Counted from the whole stretch's first letter, positions 23,109 to 34,283 are shown. The stretch: 63,356 bases of DNA, filler included, from Stramenopiles sp. TOSAG23-3 (GCA_900128585.1; 50 parts of 50 records of this genome joined end to end with filler, not necessarily neighbours in it), one strand, 5' to 3'. The notes: generated by a model not told the origin, from the letters alone. Made by a program: numbers and translations.

Positions 23109-23760
23109 TCCTTTATAAAACGAGTGGAAGCCGTCAACATTAGATACATAATCGTCATCACCATGGATAAATACGCACTGAGGCGATTGGAATCATGTCG
23201 ATCGTTGCAAACCGGGTCGCATCCCCAGTACCAACAAGCTTCGTACGAAGGGAAGGTCTCCCTGGTGTAGGTAGTACCAGTATACTTGTCGAACAGGTCG
23301 GCGTTGGAGTCGTAGTTCGTTTTGTCAAACCAATCGATGGTGTTGGTTTTCCAGAACGCTGACGAGGTAAAGTAGGTGTTGAATTTACAGTCTGGCTTCT
23401 CATTTATCTCAAACTTAGTGCGAAACACGGTTGTGGGACAGACATCGCTCTTACAGAATCCATCAAAGAGGAGTCCCGTTTCGCTGACCCTATACATAGA
23501 GACAATGCCACTTGTCAACAAAGCAAGTCCGAAGAGTAGTGTGGACACGTTCATACCCTTGTCCGATATCTCGTACGCGTTCGTGCCAATTAAGATGCCT
23601 ACTACGAGTGCAACGACCAGCTCTATCAGCGTCAGCGTACCAGACCAATTGGTACCGCCGAGATCGCTAGGATAAATTAATAAAATACCGGTAGTGTACG
23701 AAACATGAAGAGCACAACATAAGCCGGCTACACTTAGAATAATAATATTTTGAAGTTTCA
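23033..23760 (-). CDS. Four-TM protein with large 6-Cys loop
   Basis: Frame extends 68 codons upstream of the ORF-track start to the contig edge (KLQNIIILSVAGLCC...). Three TMs, a loop CKSDVC..C..CWYWGCDPVC, then a fourth TM. Confidence 0.7.
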
Positions 23761-23860
23761 NNNNNNNNNNNNNNNNNNNNNNNNNNNNNNNNNNNNNNNN
23801 NNNNTTAATTAATTAANNNNNNNNNNNNNNNNNNNNNNNNNNNNNNNNNNNNNNNNNNNN

Positions 23861-24043
23861 AGCGAGGCCCCAAAAGCAGCGGGCGGGTTTCAGTTTGGGG
23901 GGGAATGCGGGGAGCGTTGGAACCCAAAAGACGAGTGAGGCCCCAAAAGCAGCGGGCGGGTTTCAGTTTGGGGGGAATGCGGGGAGCGTTGGAACCCAAA
24001 AGACGAGTGCAGCCCCAAAAGCAGTGGGCGGGTTTCAGTTTGG
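23861..24043 (+). repeat. 72-bp coding tandem repeat, 2.5 copies
   Basis: Units start at 23861, 23934 and 24006. Confidence 0.9.
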
Positions 24044-24930
24044 TACGAAGGCCCCACTTCTGAACCAAGCACCCAGTGGTACAATTTTCCAATCGAAAAG
24101 CAACCCGGGAAATACGGGGGGCGATTCCTTTAATTTGAACAACAATCGTGGTACAAAATCACTGTTCGAAACAAATTCCCGGAGTGATTCTCTCAATCTC
24201 TTAAAACAGCGATTGGGGGCGGGGAAAGCAGCCCAAACAAAACGACAAAATGCAACAGGTGGAGCCAAGGCATTTGTTAACACTCCAGCGCAGCAATCGG
24301 GAAACATGTTACCGCCAAAAGCACAACAAGCAGGAAATGCGACGACAACATTCAATCAGAATCCCAGTGGGTTTCCAAAGCCGCAAACCCAGCAGTTTGG
24401 AAATGCACCAACACAATTCAACCAAACCCCCGGCGGGTTCCCAAAGCCCCAGACCCAGCAATTTGGAAATGCGCCTGGGAACGCATTTCAGCAGCAGGCG
24501 CAACAAACAGCGAACCAACCAGCAGCAGCACATAATTTCCCAGGCCAGAGTGCTCAACGGTTTATTTCTGGTGGCAAGCCTGGAAACGTGAAGCCTTGCC
24601 GTTTTGATCCGAATTGCCATCGGGCAGGTTGTTATTTTAGCCACCCGAAACGAGATGCGGCTGGTTCGCGGCAACAACAGCCTCCTGGGATGTCCAGTGC
24701 CAGCGCGTTTGGCCAAACGCCATTTGGTCAACCCTCACGCCCAAACAGCGACGGGAAATTGCACAATGGATCAAGGCAGCAGAATATTAATACTTTAAAA
24801 TCACGAATGAAACGATCACCGGACACGAACCAATTTCAAAACCCAAATCCGTGCCAGAACTTTAGCGTGCAAAATTCTCTGGTCGAACCCCACCAAGATA
24901 TCCCCAGGGATAATCGGTTCTGTCAATTCC
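23861..24930 (+). CDS. FG-repeat (nucleoporin-like) protein with CCCH zinc finger, fragment
   Basis: GGFQFG, QFG and PFG repeats in a Q/N/G-rich region; CRFDPNCHRAGCYFSHP. An extra G in the run at 23897-23903 shifts the first repeat. Confidence 0.7.
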
Positions 24931-25234
24931 NNNNNNNNNNNNNNNNNNNNNNNNNNNNNNNNNNNNNNNNNNNNTTAATTAATTAANNNNNNNNNNNNNN
25001 NNNNNNNNNNNNNNNNNNNNNNNNNNNNNNCCTCTCCTCCTCCTCCAAGCCCCCTTTTTTTCCATCATCAATTCCATTTCTTCAATATATACAAACAAAC
25101 AGCAGAACAAATTATTCTTATTATTTTTATTCTTATTTATAACAAAAATAATAATGATTTGGTGGTTGTGTTGGTCAATAATATCAGCCTCCCAAAATAA
25201 AGAGGACATACGATGAGCAATATTATTAGATGAT

Positions 25235-25280
25235 TAATAAAGCCCTAATAAAGCCCTAATAAAGCCTTAATAAAGCCCTA
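25235..25280 (+). repeat. 11-bp tandem repeat (TAATAAAGCCC) x4
   Basis: Directly visible; one variant copy TAATAAAGCCT. Confidence 0.9.
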
Positions 25281-26200
25281 TGCCCAAAATCTAGTTAAAA
25301 AACACTATTCATTCTATTTTCTATTCTTCTTCTAGCAGTTGTTTGTTGTTTCCTTCTTATTAAATCATAACATTAATTAATATTATACAGCATACAGCAT
25401 CTACCGTCGAAACAAATCGCGCATCGTCGTTTTTATTTTCTTCTTCTTTTTTCTTCTTCTTCTTCTTCTTTTTTTTCTTCTTCTTCTTCTTCTTTTTTAT
25501 TATCACAAATTTACACATAATATTACACTTGGCATTATATATTTTATATTATATAGAAGAGGAGAAAAAAAAGAGTGTATACATATTCTTTCCGGACGAC
25601 GGAAATTTTGATTTTACTACACCATGGTATATGCGTATATGGTACAATATATATTGATGACTATGATTTACAATTTACAAGCCACATTTCCTGTGAAGTC
25701 AACGCATTTAACTACTGCACGAGAAGAGAAAGGAAGGCGTCCATAAGTATGTTTTAGTAAGTCAACATTTCTTTCGTCATAAGTTGTATATGAACCATAT
25801 ACTATTGTTATATGTATTGTATAATGGTATTTTTATTTAATATATTAACTACCTTTAATTGATGATACATTTGACGAAAGGGGAACAAGAAATTGTTCAA
25901 GGAGAATCCAAAGTCATGCTTTCAACTTTTAACCACCCATGGCATTAACTCAATACGAAGATATGGCTCATGCTCTACGAACCCTTTTTACAGTGATTCT
26001 GCTGCTGATATGCTTGGCATGCCCTATTAACAAAATAAATAGCGGTAAGGTGTCGTTGGCCCCTCGTCGTTGCTCAATAAATTTCTTCCCTAACGAATAG
26101 NNNNNNNNNNNNNNNNNNNNNNNNNNNNNNNNNNNNNNNNNNNNTTAATTAATTAANNNNNNNNNNNNNNNNNNNNNNNNNNNNNNNNNNNNNNNNNNNN

Positions 26201-27040
26201 CAGGAACTCTGGGACGTGCGCATGCCGGACCGCCCCATGCAGCCCTCGGAGGTCATGGTCGCCCAAGAGGCCATGAAGAAGCTAGACGCCGTCAAGGCCG
26301 TCAAGCAGAAACTCTTCGAGGTCGCCGGGGGCATGGGGATCCGGGCGGCCGGGAAAATCCTCCGGGGGATCGCAGGCGCCAGCGGCGGGATGATCGGCAA
26401 CGCAGGCCTCTCCAACGGGCTGGCCCGGCTGGGCGTGCAAGGGGTAAGCCCACTGCAGGTCCAGAACGTCATGTCCGCATTCAACAACACTGACGGTCAA
26501 ATCTTCGTCGAAGAGCTCCTGCGCGCCCTTCGGGGGGCGATCAGTGAGCGGAGGAAGGCCTTGGTCGGGATGGCCTGGCAGCGGCTGGACTTCAAAAACG
26601 AGGGCTACGTTGCGGTCCAGTACATGCTGTCCAAGTACGACGTGGGCATGATGGACGATGTGGTAGAGGGAAGGAAAACCCGCGAGGAAGCCGTGCAAGA
26701 CTTTCTGAACACGTGGGACAGGGACCCGCAGGGCGTGCTTACCTGGGACGAGTTCTTCGAGTACTACGCCGACATCGGCGCGTACATGAGGAGCGACGAC
26801 GATTTTGATGCTGTTATTAGAAGCGCGTGGCAGCTTCCCGGGGGCTCGGCGGCGTTCGCGAGCACCACCCGTCTGAGGGTGCTGGTGCTGCACAAGAGTG
26901 GCGATTGGACCATTGAGGAGGTTCCCGGCGGGATGCTCCCGAACAACCTGAGGGGGAGCGCCTTGATGGCTGAAGTTAAACGTAGGTTCCGGGAAGATGG
27001 AAAAGAGTTTTTGGAAATCAAACTAAGAGAAGACAGTTAA
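26201..27040 (+). CDS. Calcyphosin-like EF-hand protein (5'-truncated)
   Basis: LRG..SERRKALV..AW..LD....G, GRKT.EE....FL..WD, T.DEF.EYY..I......DDDF...IRSAW. Confidence 0.85.
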   Translation, partial: QELWDVRMPDRPMQPSEVMVAQEAMKKLDAVKAVKQKLFEVAGGMGIRAAGKILRGIAGASGGMIGNAGLSNGLARLGVQGVSPLQVQNVMSAFNNTDGQIFVEELLRALRGAISERRKALVGMAWQRLDFKNEGYVAVQYMLSKYDVGMMDDVVEGRKTREEAVQDFLNTWDRDPQGVLTWDEFFEYYADIGAYMRSDDDFDAVIRSAWQLPGGSAAFASTTRLRVLVLHKSGDWTIEEVPGGMLPNNLRGSALMAEVKRRFREDGKEFLEIKLREDS

Positions 27041-27370
27041 ACGATAAAATTAATTTGTGACTCGGGAGCCAGTTCAACACGCGGGACACCCCCTAGAATT
27101 TTCATATTTTACAAAAGTGCGTACTAGCTAATATTTTATAAAAGATTTTTACTTAACGTTATTTTTGTGGTTGTTATTAGATGTGCACATTTGCTGGACG
27201 TGTGCAAGTAATACCACGCATATTGTTGATGTACACTCTCTTTTGCAAGAATGACGCCGCTCTTTTAAAANNNNNNNNNNNNNNNNNNNNNNNNNNNNNN
27301 NNNNNNNNNNNNNNTTAATTAATTAANNNNNNNNNNNNNNNNNNNNNNNNNNNNNNNNNNNNNNNNNNNN

Positions 27371-27825
27371 ACGTATTTGAAACTCATAACTCTGCATAGT
27401 TCGGTCGTTTGGTGGGGCGCCCATTCTGAGCAGTACTTTTTAAAGAAATGGGTGTGTTTGAAAAGAATCATAAGGAACCGAATGTCTTCTTCGGTCTTTT
27501 TACTGGCTTTCTTCGACAGGCTGTTGCGAAATGCTTCTGCAATGCTCTCTTTGGTCTCCTTCCCAGCGCCGAATACTATGCTGTTGATTATGTTTGGAAT
27601 CTTGAGCTGCACGGTCGGGCGCTGAAGCTCGTCAAGCGCGCCAGTGATGAAAGGGTAGCCACGTTCGCGGATCAAGTTGAGCGTGGCCTGGTTCAACTGG
27701 TTCGTGCTCATAGAGCTTTGCAATGTTAGAGACTCTTTTCGTTTCTGCAGGTCTAACGAAGATGCCAAGCTCCCCCGGCGCCCTCCCCCATCGGAGACGA
27801 TGGAGCCTGCATCGCTTTGCGACAT
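27371..27825 (-). CDS. Probable cyclic-nucleotide-binding domain protein, N-terminal fragment
   Basis: L.K....KTEEDI..L......HFF.......ELCR resembles the lead-in of cNMP-binding domains; the domain itself is cut off. Confidence 0.5.
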
Positions 27826-28541
27826 CGTGTCACTCCTGCCTACTCCACCCGCTGCCCTGTACCAGGGTCAGGCTTCCTTGCAGTTCGTTCCGCCTCCACC
27901 CCAAGGGGTGCCACCGCCACAACACAACCAGGAACACAGCTTTCTCGCACAAAGCCACAGCCCTTATCCAGACAGCAATAGTCGCAATCCGTATTTGCAA
28001 TACCAACAACCGCGCCACCAACAGCATTCTCACGAACAACAACAACAACAACACTATGGCAATAACAGTGGCTTTCAAGAAGCGTTTTTTTAGTTTCTTT
28101 CCCACTTTGTCTTTTCATCATTTCAAATTTGAACATTAACGCCCCCACCCTGTAACTATATAAATTTACTCTTTGCTGTGTGCATTGATCCGTCACGCCA
28201 TCAGCCATCATAGACTAACTATGAAGTGTGATCCTCCTCGTGTTAAATTTGCTTTTTGCGAAGAAAACAATTATAATGTCCCAGACAAAGGACACCACAC
28301 TATTTTTATGACTATTATAATACTTGGTATAACTGTATTATGTGGCTGATATTTAACTAGACTTGCTATACGATGTATTAGTGTCTAATATAATAACAGT
28401 CTACGAGTACAACAACAACCAAAAAAAAAAAAAAAAAAAANNNNNNNNNNNNNNNNNNNNNNNNNNNNNNNNNNNNNNNNNNNNTTAATTAATTAANNNN
28501 NNNNNNNNNNNNNNNNNNNNNNNNNNNNNNNNNNNNNNNNC

Positions 28542-28817
28542 AGCGAGCGTCGGTACACATTTTTGTGCCAGCAGTGTGGAAATATACCGTACTCATCGCA
28601 ATTAACATTGAATGCCCACATGAAGAGGAGACACGGGGTGGGTAGCACGAAAACGCCAAAGCCGAAACAAACGAAGAAACCGGCGTTGGCGCCGACCCCC
28701 CCAATAGGAGGAGGTTCGTCTTCTCTTGATATATTGCTGCAGGCAACAGACATTTTTACTGCTCAAACGACTGGGCCTGCTGACAAGGGCGCGAACGACA
28801 TGGCGGAGCAGAAGTGA
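28542..28817 (+). CDS. C2H2 zinc finger protein, C-terminal fragment
   Basis: CQQCGNIPYSSQLTLNAHMKRRH; frame open from the contig start. Confidence 0.65.
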   Translation, partial: SERRYTFLCQQCGNIPYSSQLTLNAHMKRRHGVGSTKTPKPKQTKKPALAPTPPIGGGSSSLDILLQATDIFTAQTTGPADKGANDMAEQK

Positions 28818-28851
28818 AACCTATTTTTTTATTCATAATTATTAATTTCTT

Positions 28852-28875
28852 AAAATAACAGCCTATTTTTTGTTT
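28852..28875. repeat. Palindromic element arm downstream of a stop codon
   Basis: AAAATAACAGCCTATTTTTTGTTT, 35 bp after TGA 28817. Confidence 0.7.
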
Positions 28876-28900
28876 ATTTAATTCGTCACTGCCAGCATAG

Positions 28901-29609
28901 AAAAACCACGTTAAATTTCTGCACCGCTGGGGAGAGGAGGCTGTCAAGGAGCTGCAAGGGAAGGAGGCGTTTGAAACTTCCCAGCCTGGGTCCTTGGATG
29001 TGAGGGTTCGAAACAGGGCGGTGTCGGAGGCCATGATCGAGGACGAGGACGCGCCGAGCGGCAACACCAACGCGGCGGACGGGGAACAGGGCGAGGCAGC
29101 GGGGGGCGGGGGGGAGGCGCCCAGCGCCAAGGGGAGTGCGACGATACACGCCATCGATTTTTTCATTGGGATTTCAGGCACTGCCGAAGCGTCGGCCCAC
29201 CTCGTGAACTTTGGCGCAAAGCTGTTTTGTTACGAGCTGGGGAGGGGGGGGGGCAGACGTGGTGCGCCGGGCTTTGGAGGACTGTGCCCCGCACACGACT
29301 GAATTTTTTCAACGGGTGTTTGACTGGGAGAAGTGTTCCGTGGACCACCACCGCCCGCCCGCCGCAACCAAGGCAACGTCGGAGAGTGGGAGCGTTCGCG
29401 AGGTAAAGCTCACGTTCCCGTGGAACATGGAGGCAATGGCACAGTTTTACCCCGTATTGGCGGACGTGTTGAACCATTTCAACCAGATCGAACTTGTCTT
29501 TACGAAGCCACAAAACCGCGACCATGTTGCCATGAGAATTGAGCTGCACCACTTGCATTTTCAGCTCCACTACATGGCGTACACGGCAGACGGGGTGAAC
29601 GCGGGGGGG
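28901..29609 (+). CDS. Hypothetical protein fragment with frameshift in a G10 run
   Basis: ORFs 28994-29302 and 29211-end join if one G is removed from 29244-29253; no ATG start. Confidence 0.5.
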
Positions 29610-29991
29610 NNNNNNNNNNNNNNNNNNNNNNNNNNNNNNNNNNNNNNNNNNNNTTAATTAATTAANNNNNNNNNNNNNNNNNNNNNNNNNNNNNNNNNNN
29701 NNNNNNNNNTGTAATAATATATAAAAAAAAAATTAATTAATTATTATACATTAAAAAAAAATCATCTTCTTCTTCTTCTTTTCTTTCTTTCTTCTAGACA
29801 AACAAAAAATGGTTGTTTTTTTACTGTTTTACTATTACATAATAGCTATATCTACAGTTTGAACATGGAGGGTTTTATTCTCTTTCTTTCATTTGGTAGC
29901 CGTTCTAATCTTTGGTTGATTTTGACGATTGCCGTATTTGTATATTATCCCAGGAACTTTGAAGTGGTACGAATAGCTTTGTTGGTAGCAA

Positions 29992-30615
29992 ATGGCGAGC
30001 AAGTACACGGACGCAGGCGAAGGAAAATCGTCAGACAGTGGTGGTGGTGTGAAGCCTCTTGTGGGAACTGGTAATGAGCGGAAAGGGTCTATTTCCAGCT
30101 ATCCTCAAGAAGTCCAGCAATGCTGCACTGATATTCTTTCATGGATGAAAGAGCGAGGGCCGAAAGAGCTTGGTGACGTTGACGGTTGTTTAAGCGAGGA
30201 CTTGCAACTCGTCGCTTCGAAATATACGGAGGAACTAGGGGGCGGCAAAGGCTTGCCAGGCGCCCTTTCGAATTTGCTCGAGGCGAAAGACGGGGGGATT
30301 CCTTTGTACGAGTACAACCTGCTGAGGACAAAGGAAATTTTGAGGGTGCTCGAGGAGGAGAACCCACCCCAAGATATGCTGCCCATAGGCATCGATATTG
30401 ATGGGGAGTATCTTATGCTGGCAGGCAGCGGCAAACTGCATACGTGGGACCCGGAGGAAAAGGAGGTGGAGGCTTCGATCGCCGAATCTTTCGCCAGCCA
30501 TTTGGAGGCCTTCCGCAACCTTCTTCTGTCGAATAAGTTTGAATGGGTAGAGGACTGTGGGCTTGTGGAAATTGCAATATCCCCAAAGAAGAAAAGTGCA
30601 GCGACAAAAAAGTAA
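29992..30615 (+). CDS. SMI1/KNR4 (SUKH) domain protein
   Basis: LP..L..LL...DGG, LPIG.D.DG.YL, ..WD.E......IAESF...LE. Confidence 0.75.
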   Translation: MASKYTDAGEGKSSDSGGGVKPLVGTGNERKGSISSYPQEVQQCCTDILSWMKERGPKELGDVDGCLSEDLQLVASKYTEELGGGKGLPGALSNLLEAKDGGIPLYEYNLLRTKEILRVLEEENPPQDMLPIGIDIDGEYLMLAGSGKLHTWDPEEKEVEASIAESFASHLEAFRNLLLSNKFEWVEDCGLVEIAISPKKKSAATKK

Positions 30616-30688
30616 GAACCATACGATACAAAGTACGTAGAAAGTGCACGAACGCGGGCGATCTCCGAATAATACTTTTATATTTAAG

Positions 30689-30719
30689 AAAATTGGCTGT
30701 TATTTAAGTAATTAAAATT
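30689..30719. repeat. Palindromic element arm downstream of a stop codon
   Basis: 30 of 31 nt identical to 18654-18684. Confidence 0.8.
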
Positions 30720-30887
30720 AATGTACTGCGAACTGAAATCTAGATTTAGACATTTCTAGGTTTGCATTCCTTCATGAANNNNNNNNNNNNNNNNNNNNNN
30801 NNNNNNNNNNNNNNNNNNNNNNTTAATTAATTAANNNNNNNNNNNNNNNNNNNNNNNNNNNNNNNNNNNNNNNNNNNNCAAAATACT

Positions 30888-31664
30888 TTACAAATACTTT
30901 ACTAATAAATAGACACCAACACAAAACACCAGCGACAAAAAAGGCCACCAATAGCCACCAGGAATATCACGCCACATAAAGAAAGTCAGATGCAAACACA
31001 AACGAGGTGCTGTAAGGTAACAACAAGCACACCCATCAACAATAATACATGTGCTGATTGGTAGTGAACGAAGGGGGCTCGTGTCCACGATTTGATTACC
31101 CCAGAGTCCGAGTATCGTGAGATTAACGAGCGTTGCCAGTGGTGCCACGTCCACGATTTGATTTGCACCGAGTCCGAGCCCCACGAGATTAACGAGCTCT
31201 GCCAGTGGTGTTATGTCTACGATTTGGTTATTATGGAGGCGGAGCAACGTGAGATTAAACAGCGTTGCCAGTGGTGCCACGTCCACGATCTGATTATCCA
31301 TGAGCCAGAGCGTCTTGAGATTAACGAGCGTTGCCAGTGGTGCGACGTCCACGATTTGATTATCATAGAGCTCGAGTTTGTTCACCTTCAGCAACTCCTT
31401 TTCCACCATTTCCGCATCGTAGTTGTCCAGAGCGAGCAAACCAGCTTTACTTTGTTTGCATATCTCCACAAGCTTCTTAATTATGATCATAGCACCACGA
31501 CCATACTGTGGCAAGCTAACGCACGCCTCCTCGCCCTCGCAATGAAAAATCAACATCGCTTCAATCAACGTGTCGTTGGTTACGTTGACTGAAACATCCT
31601 TCGCAGCAGCAGCAGCGCCAGAGCTTCCCCCCTGCATGCTTTCGTCAACTCCGTCATCGTGCAT
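30888..31664 (-). CDS. Internalin/SDS22-type LRR protein with C-terminal hydrophobic anchor
   Basis: Five 22-aa repeats L.NL..L.L..NQIVDVAPLA (66-bp DNA period). First ATG at 31664; start uncertain. Confidence 0.8.
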   Translation of the reverse strand: MHDDGVDESMQGGSSGAAAAAKDVSVNVTNDTLIEAMLIFHCEGEEACVSLPQYGRGAMIIIKKLVEICKQSKAGLLALDNYDAEMVEKELLKVNKLELYDNQIVDVAPLATLVNLKTLWLMDNQIVDVAPLATLFNLTLLRLHNNQIVDITPLAELVNLVGLGLGANQIVDVAPLATLVNLTILGLWGNQIVDTSPLRSLPISTCIIVDGCACCYLTAPRLCLHLTFFMWRDIPGGYWWPFLSLVFCVGVYLLVKYL

Positions 31665-32385
31665 GCCGACGAAGCGTAAAAAAATATTTATAAAAATGCT
31701 TCGTTTTAAGAAAGTTTTTAAGTTTACGAAACTATCTTCGGAAACAGTTGTGTCCGAATCGGATACTTCATTCAATGGAACAATCTTTTCCTCTGCATCC
31801 TCCGTCTTACCGTGACAGCCATTAAATATAAATTAACATCAGAATAGCATTAATATTAAAAAAATATATTTTTTTAATAATAATGGGTTTATATAGGTAT
31901 GGATGTCTACTTAAACAGTACGTGCTCCGTCTGCCCAAAACAAATACNNNNNNNNNNNNNNNNNNNNNNNNNNNNNNNNNNNNNNNNNNNNTTAATTAAT
32001 TAANNNNNNNNNNNNNNNNNNNNNNNNNNNNNNNNNNNNNNNNNNNNGAGGGCGGACCCAACACCACAATTACAACAACGACGATAAGGACAACAACCAA
32101 CCATACAACCAATCCACCTCACAAGCACCTCAAAACGCAGGCCACAGAGGCCGCGGAGGATTGTACAATGCTCGGGCCGAGGAGGCCGTGGGCCAGGACG
32201 ATAGAACGGAGATCATATACAGAAAAGAAAAGATCGACATACTCAGGAGCGCTGAGAATTCGAGACGGAGTGGTACGACCTACTCCACAAATTGCGGGAG
32301 AAATCAGACGGGCGAAGAAACGTTGTCTCTACGCGAACATAACAGTGTCACATTCTCCACAGACGGCCAGGCTATCGCAGATTAT

Positions 32386-32958
32386 TCAACCCTCGGCCCT
32401 GGCCGGGAGAAGGCCAGAACTAGACCAACGCAATTTGGCCCTGCGGCGCAATTTGTCTTTGTCTTCTTCGGTTACCTTGTGTTTCCAACTAAATGTAACT
32501 TTGAGTCCTGCAAGTTTGATGTCCGTTGTTTTTCCAAGCCCACGGTTAAGAACGTGCAATCCTCCTTCAATAATCAATGGTTCGTTATTGTCAATGCTAT
32601 CCAGAATTTGCTGTTCAGTAAAATGATATTTTTTGGCAGCTCCTTTGATACTGTGTGATCCCCAAGGTTCATCATACCCCTCGACCAACGCCATCAATTT
32701 TTTCAGTTTTCTTTTTTCAATGTCGCTTTGAATGTTATCTCTGACCTTTTGTACAAGAAACGCGTACTGCTTTTGAGTAATTGGAGTCGAAAACGTTTTA
32801 TATTGTTCTGGCATTCTGGTTATTTCTTGTACGGGCGGCATAACCCCAGGGTGAAACGCCCGAACATGTCGAATCATGTGACTTTTTGTACTGAAATGAC
32901 TATTACAGTGCTCGCAAGGGACTTTGTTCGATGTATCGGCAGGTGCGTTGATAAACAT
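32386..32958 (-). CDS. C2H2 zinc finger hypothetical protein
   Basis: CEHCNSHFSTKSHMIRHVRAFH near the N-terminus; the rest is unrecognised. Confidence 0.6.
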   Translation of the reverse strand: MFINAPADTSNKVPCEHCNSHFSTKSHMIRHVRAFHPGVMPPVQEITRMPEQYKTFSTPITQKQYAFLVQKVRDNIQSDIEKRKLKKLMALVEGYDEPWGSHSIKGAAKKYHFTEQQILDSIDNNEPLIIEGGLHVLNRGLGKTTDIKLAGLKVTFSWKHKVTEEDKDKLRRRAKLRWSSSGLLPARAEG

Positions 32959-33215
32959 GACCTGTTGATCTTTGAATATACCCTTTTTGCCTCTGCTTTT
33001 GCTTTTTTTACTGATAATTCAAAGATACCCTTCTCGTTGATCAAATTATTTTGTGTTTTTATGCCATTCTTACTTGGTTAGGGATAGGGCTAGATGATAT
33101 CTGAAAATTACAAAANNNNNNNNNNNNNNNNNNNNNNNNNNNNNNNNNNNNNNNNNNNNTTAATTAATTAANNNNNNNNNNNNNNNNNNNNNNNNNNNNN
33201 NNNNNNNNNNNNNNN

Positions 33216-34283
33216 GTGGGACACGTCGCTCAGCTTCAAGACCATGACCATGACCTGCTCGATGTGCTTCTGGTCGGTGAGGAGGGCGGCGATGCCCCCC
33301 TCCTGCCCGGCCGCGTTGACCGCCGCCAAAAGGTTCTTCATCTTTCCGACCTCGTTGAAGCTGACGGCCATGTCCGTCGCAAGCACGCACCGGATCATCA
33401 GCGCCCGGACCTTCTTCAAGGCGTCCTTGGGGAACCGTTCCAGCACGTTGTGCCGGGGTCTATCGAACATCACCATGAACGCGGTGGAAATGTGGTGGTT
33501 CTCCAAGGGGCTCCCGTCGTTGTACGCAACCGCCAACGAATCCGACGTCTTCACGAGGAAGGAGTTGTTCAGGCCCGGGTGCTCCACGTCGTGGACCATG
33601 GCCGCCAGCAGGAGCCCGAACTCTTCCCACGGCTTCAGCCGGAGGTCGCACCGGCCTTGGCTCAGGAAGTGGCCCGTGGCTTGCACCACGTCCGCGGCGT
33701 GCAGGGCGTTGTGGTACGGGTTCTTCGCCGGGTACCCGCTCTCGATGGTCCGTATGTAGTTCAGGAGGGTCTCGTTGTCCACGGGCAACAGCCCCCCTGC
33801 CCCCATGTCGCCGCCGCCGTGCCCGAGAAGCCCGAGGCCGTGCATGGCAGAGAACACCCCGAACCGGACGGGCTGGCCCTTGCTCGCCTGGTTCAACAGG
33901 TGGACGTCGTAGTCCCAGTGAAAAATGCTCTGTATGCCGTCCTGTTGACCCTCCAGGACGGTGTCCTCTATGTGTTTCGAAAAGGTCGACTGGTCGTCGC
34001 CGCTGTTGCCCTGCCCGTCCCCAGAGAGCGATTTTCGGTTCCCTCCTCCTGCCGGGGACAGCGTGGGCGACCGCTGGAAGAGGACGGACCGCTTCCGCCC
34101 ATCGGGGGAGACGGAGGGCGCGGTGGCCAGGGCCTTGACCAGGGTCGCCACGTTCTCGTCGTTCTCCCCCTTCAGCATCCCGGACACCATGGCCTTTGCA
34201 GGCGAGAACGCCGACGATTCTAACAGCTGCTCCATCAGGATCAGCTTGATCAAGTCTATAGTGGCGCTGCTCGCAGCGTTCCC
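33216..34283 (-). CDS. Class I 3',5'-cyclic nucleotide phosphodiesterase, catalytic fragment
   Basis: NPYHNALHAADV, HDVEHPGLNN, YNDGSPLENHH, LATDM, LKLSDVSH. Confidence 0.96.

Noticed and set aside
28814..28900. Palindromic element as an introner-like GT-AG intron
   Set aside because: The obvious donor and the acceptors at 28895 and 28900 do not give an in-frame join.
32048..32385. RG-rich gag-like retroelement remnant
   Set aside because: Only low-complexity resemblance; no zinc knuckle, RT or integrase motif.
33216..34223. Long antisense ORFs (also 26282-26893, 47632-48324, 61162-62256)
   Set aside because: Shadow frames of GC3-rich genes clearly identified on the other strand.
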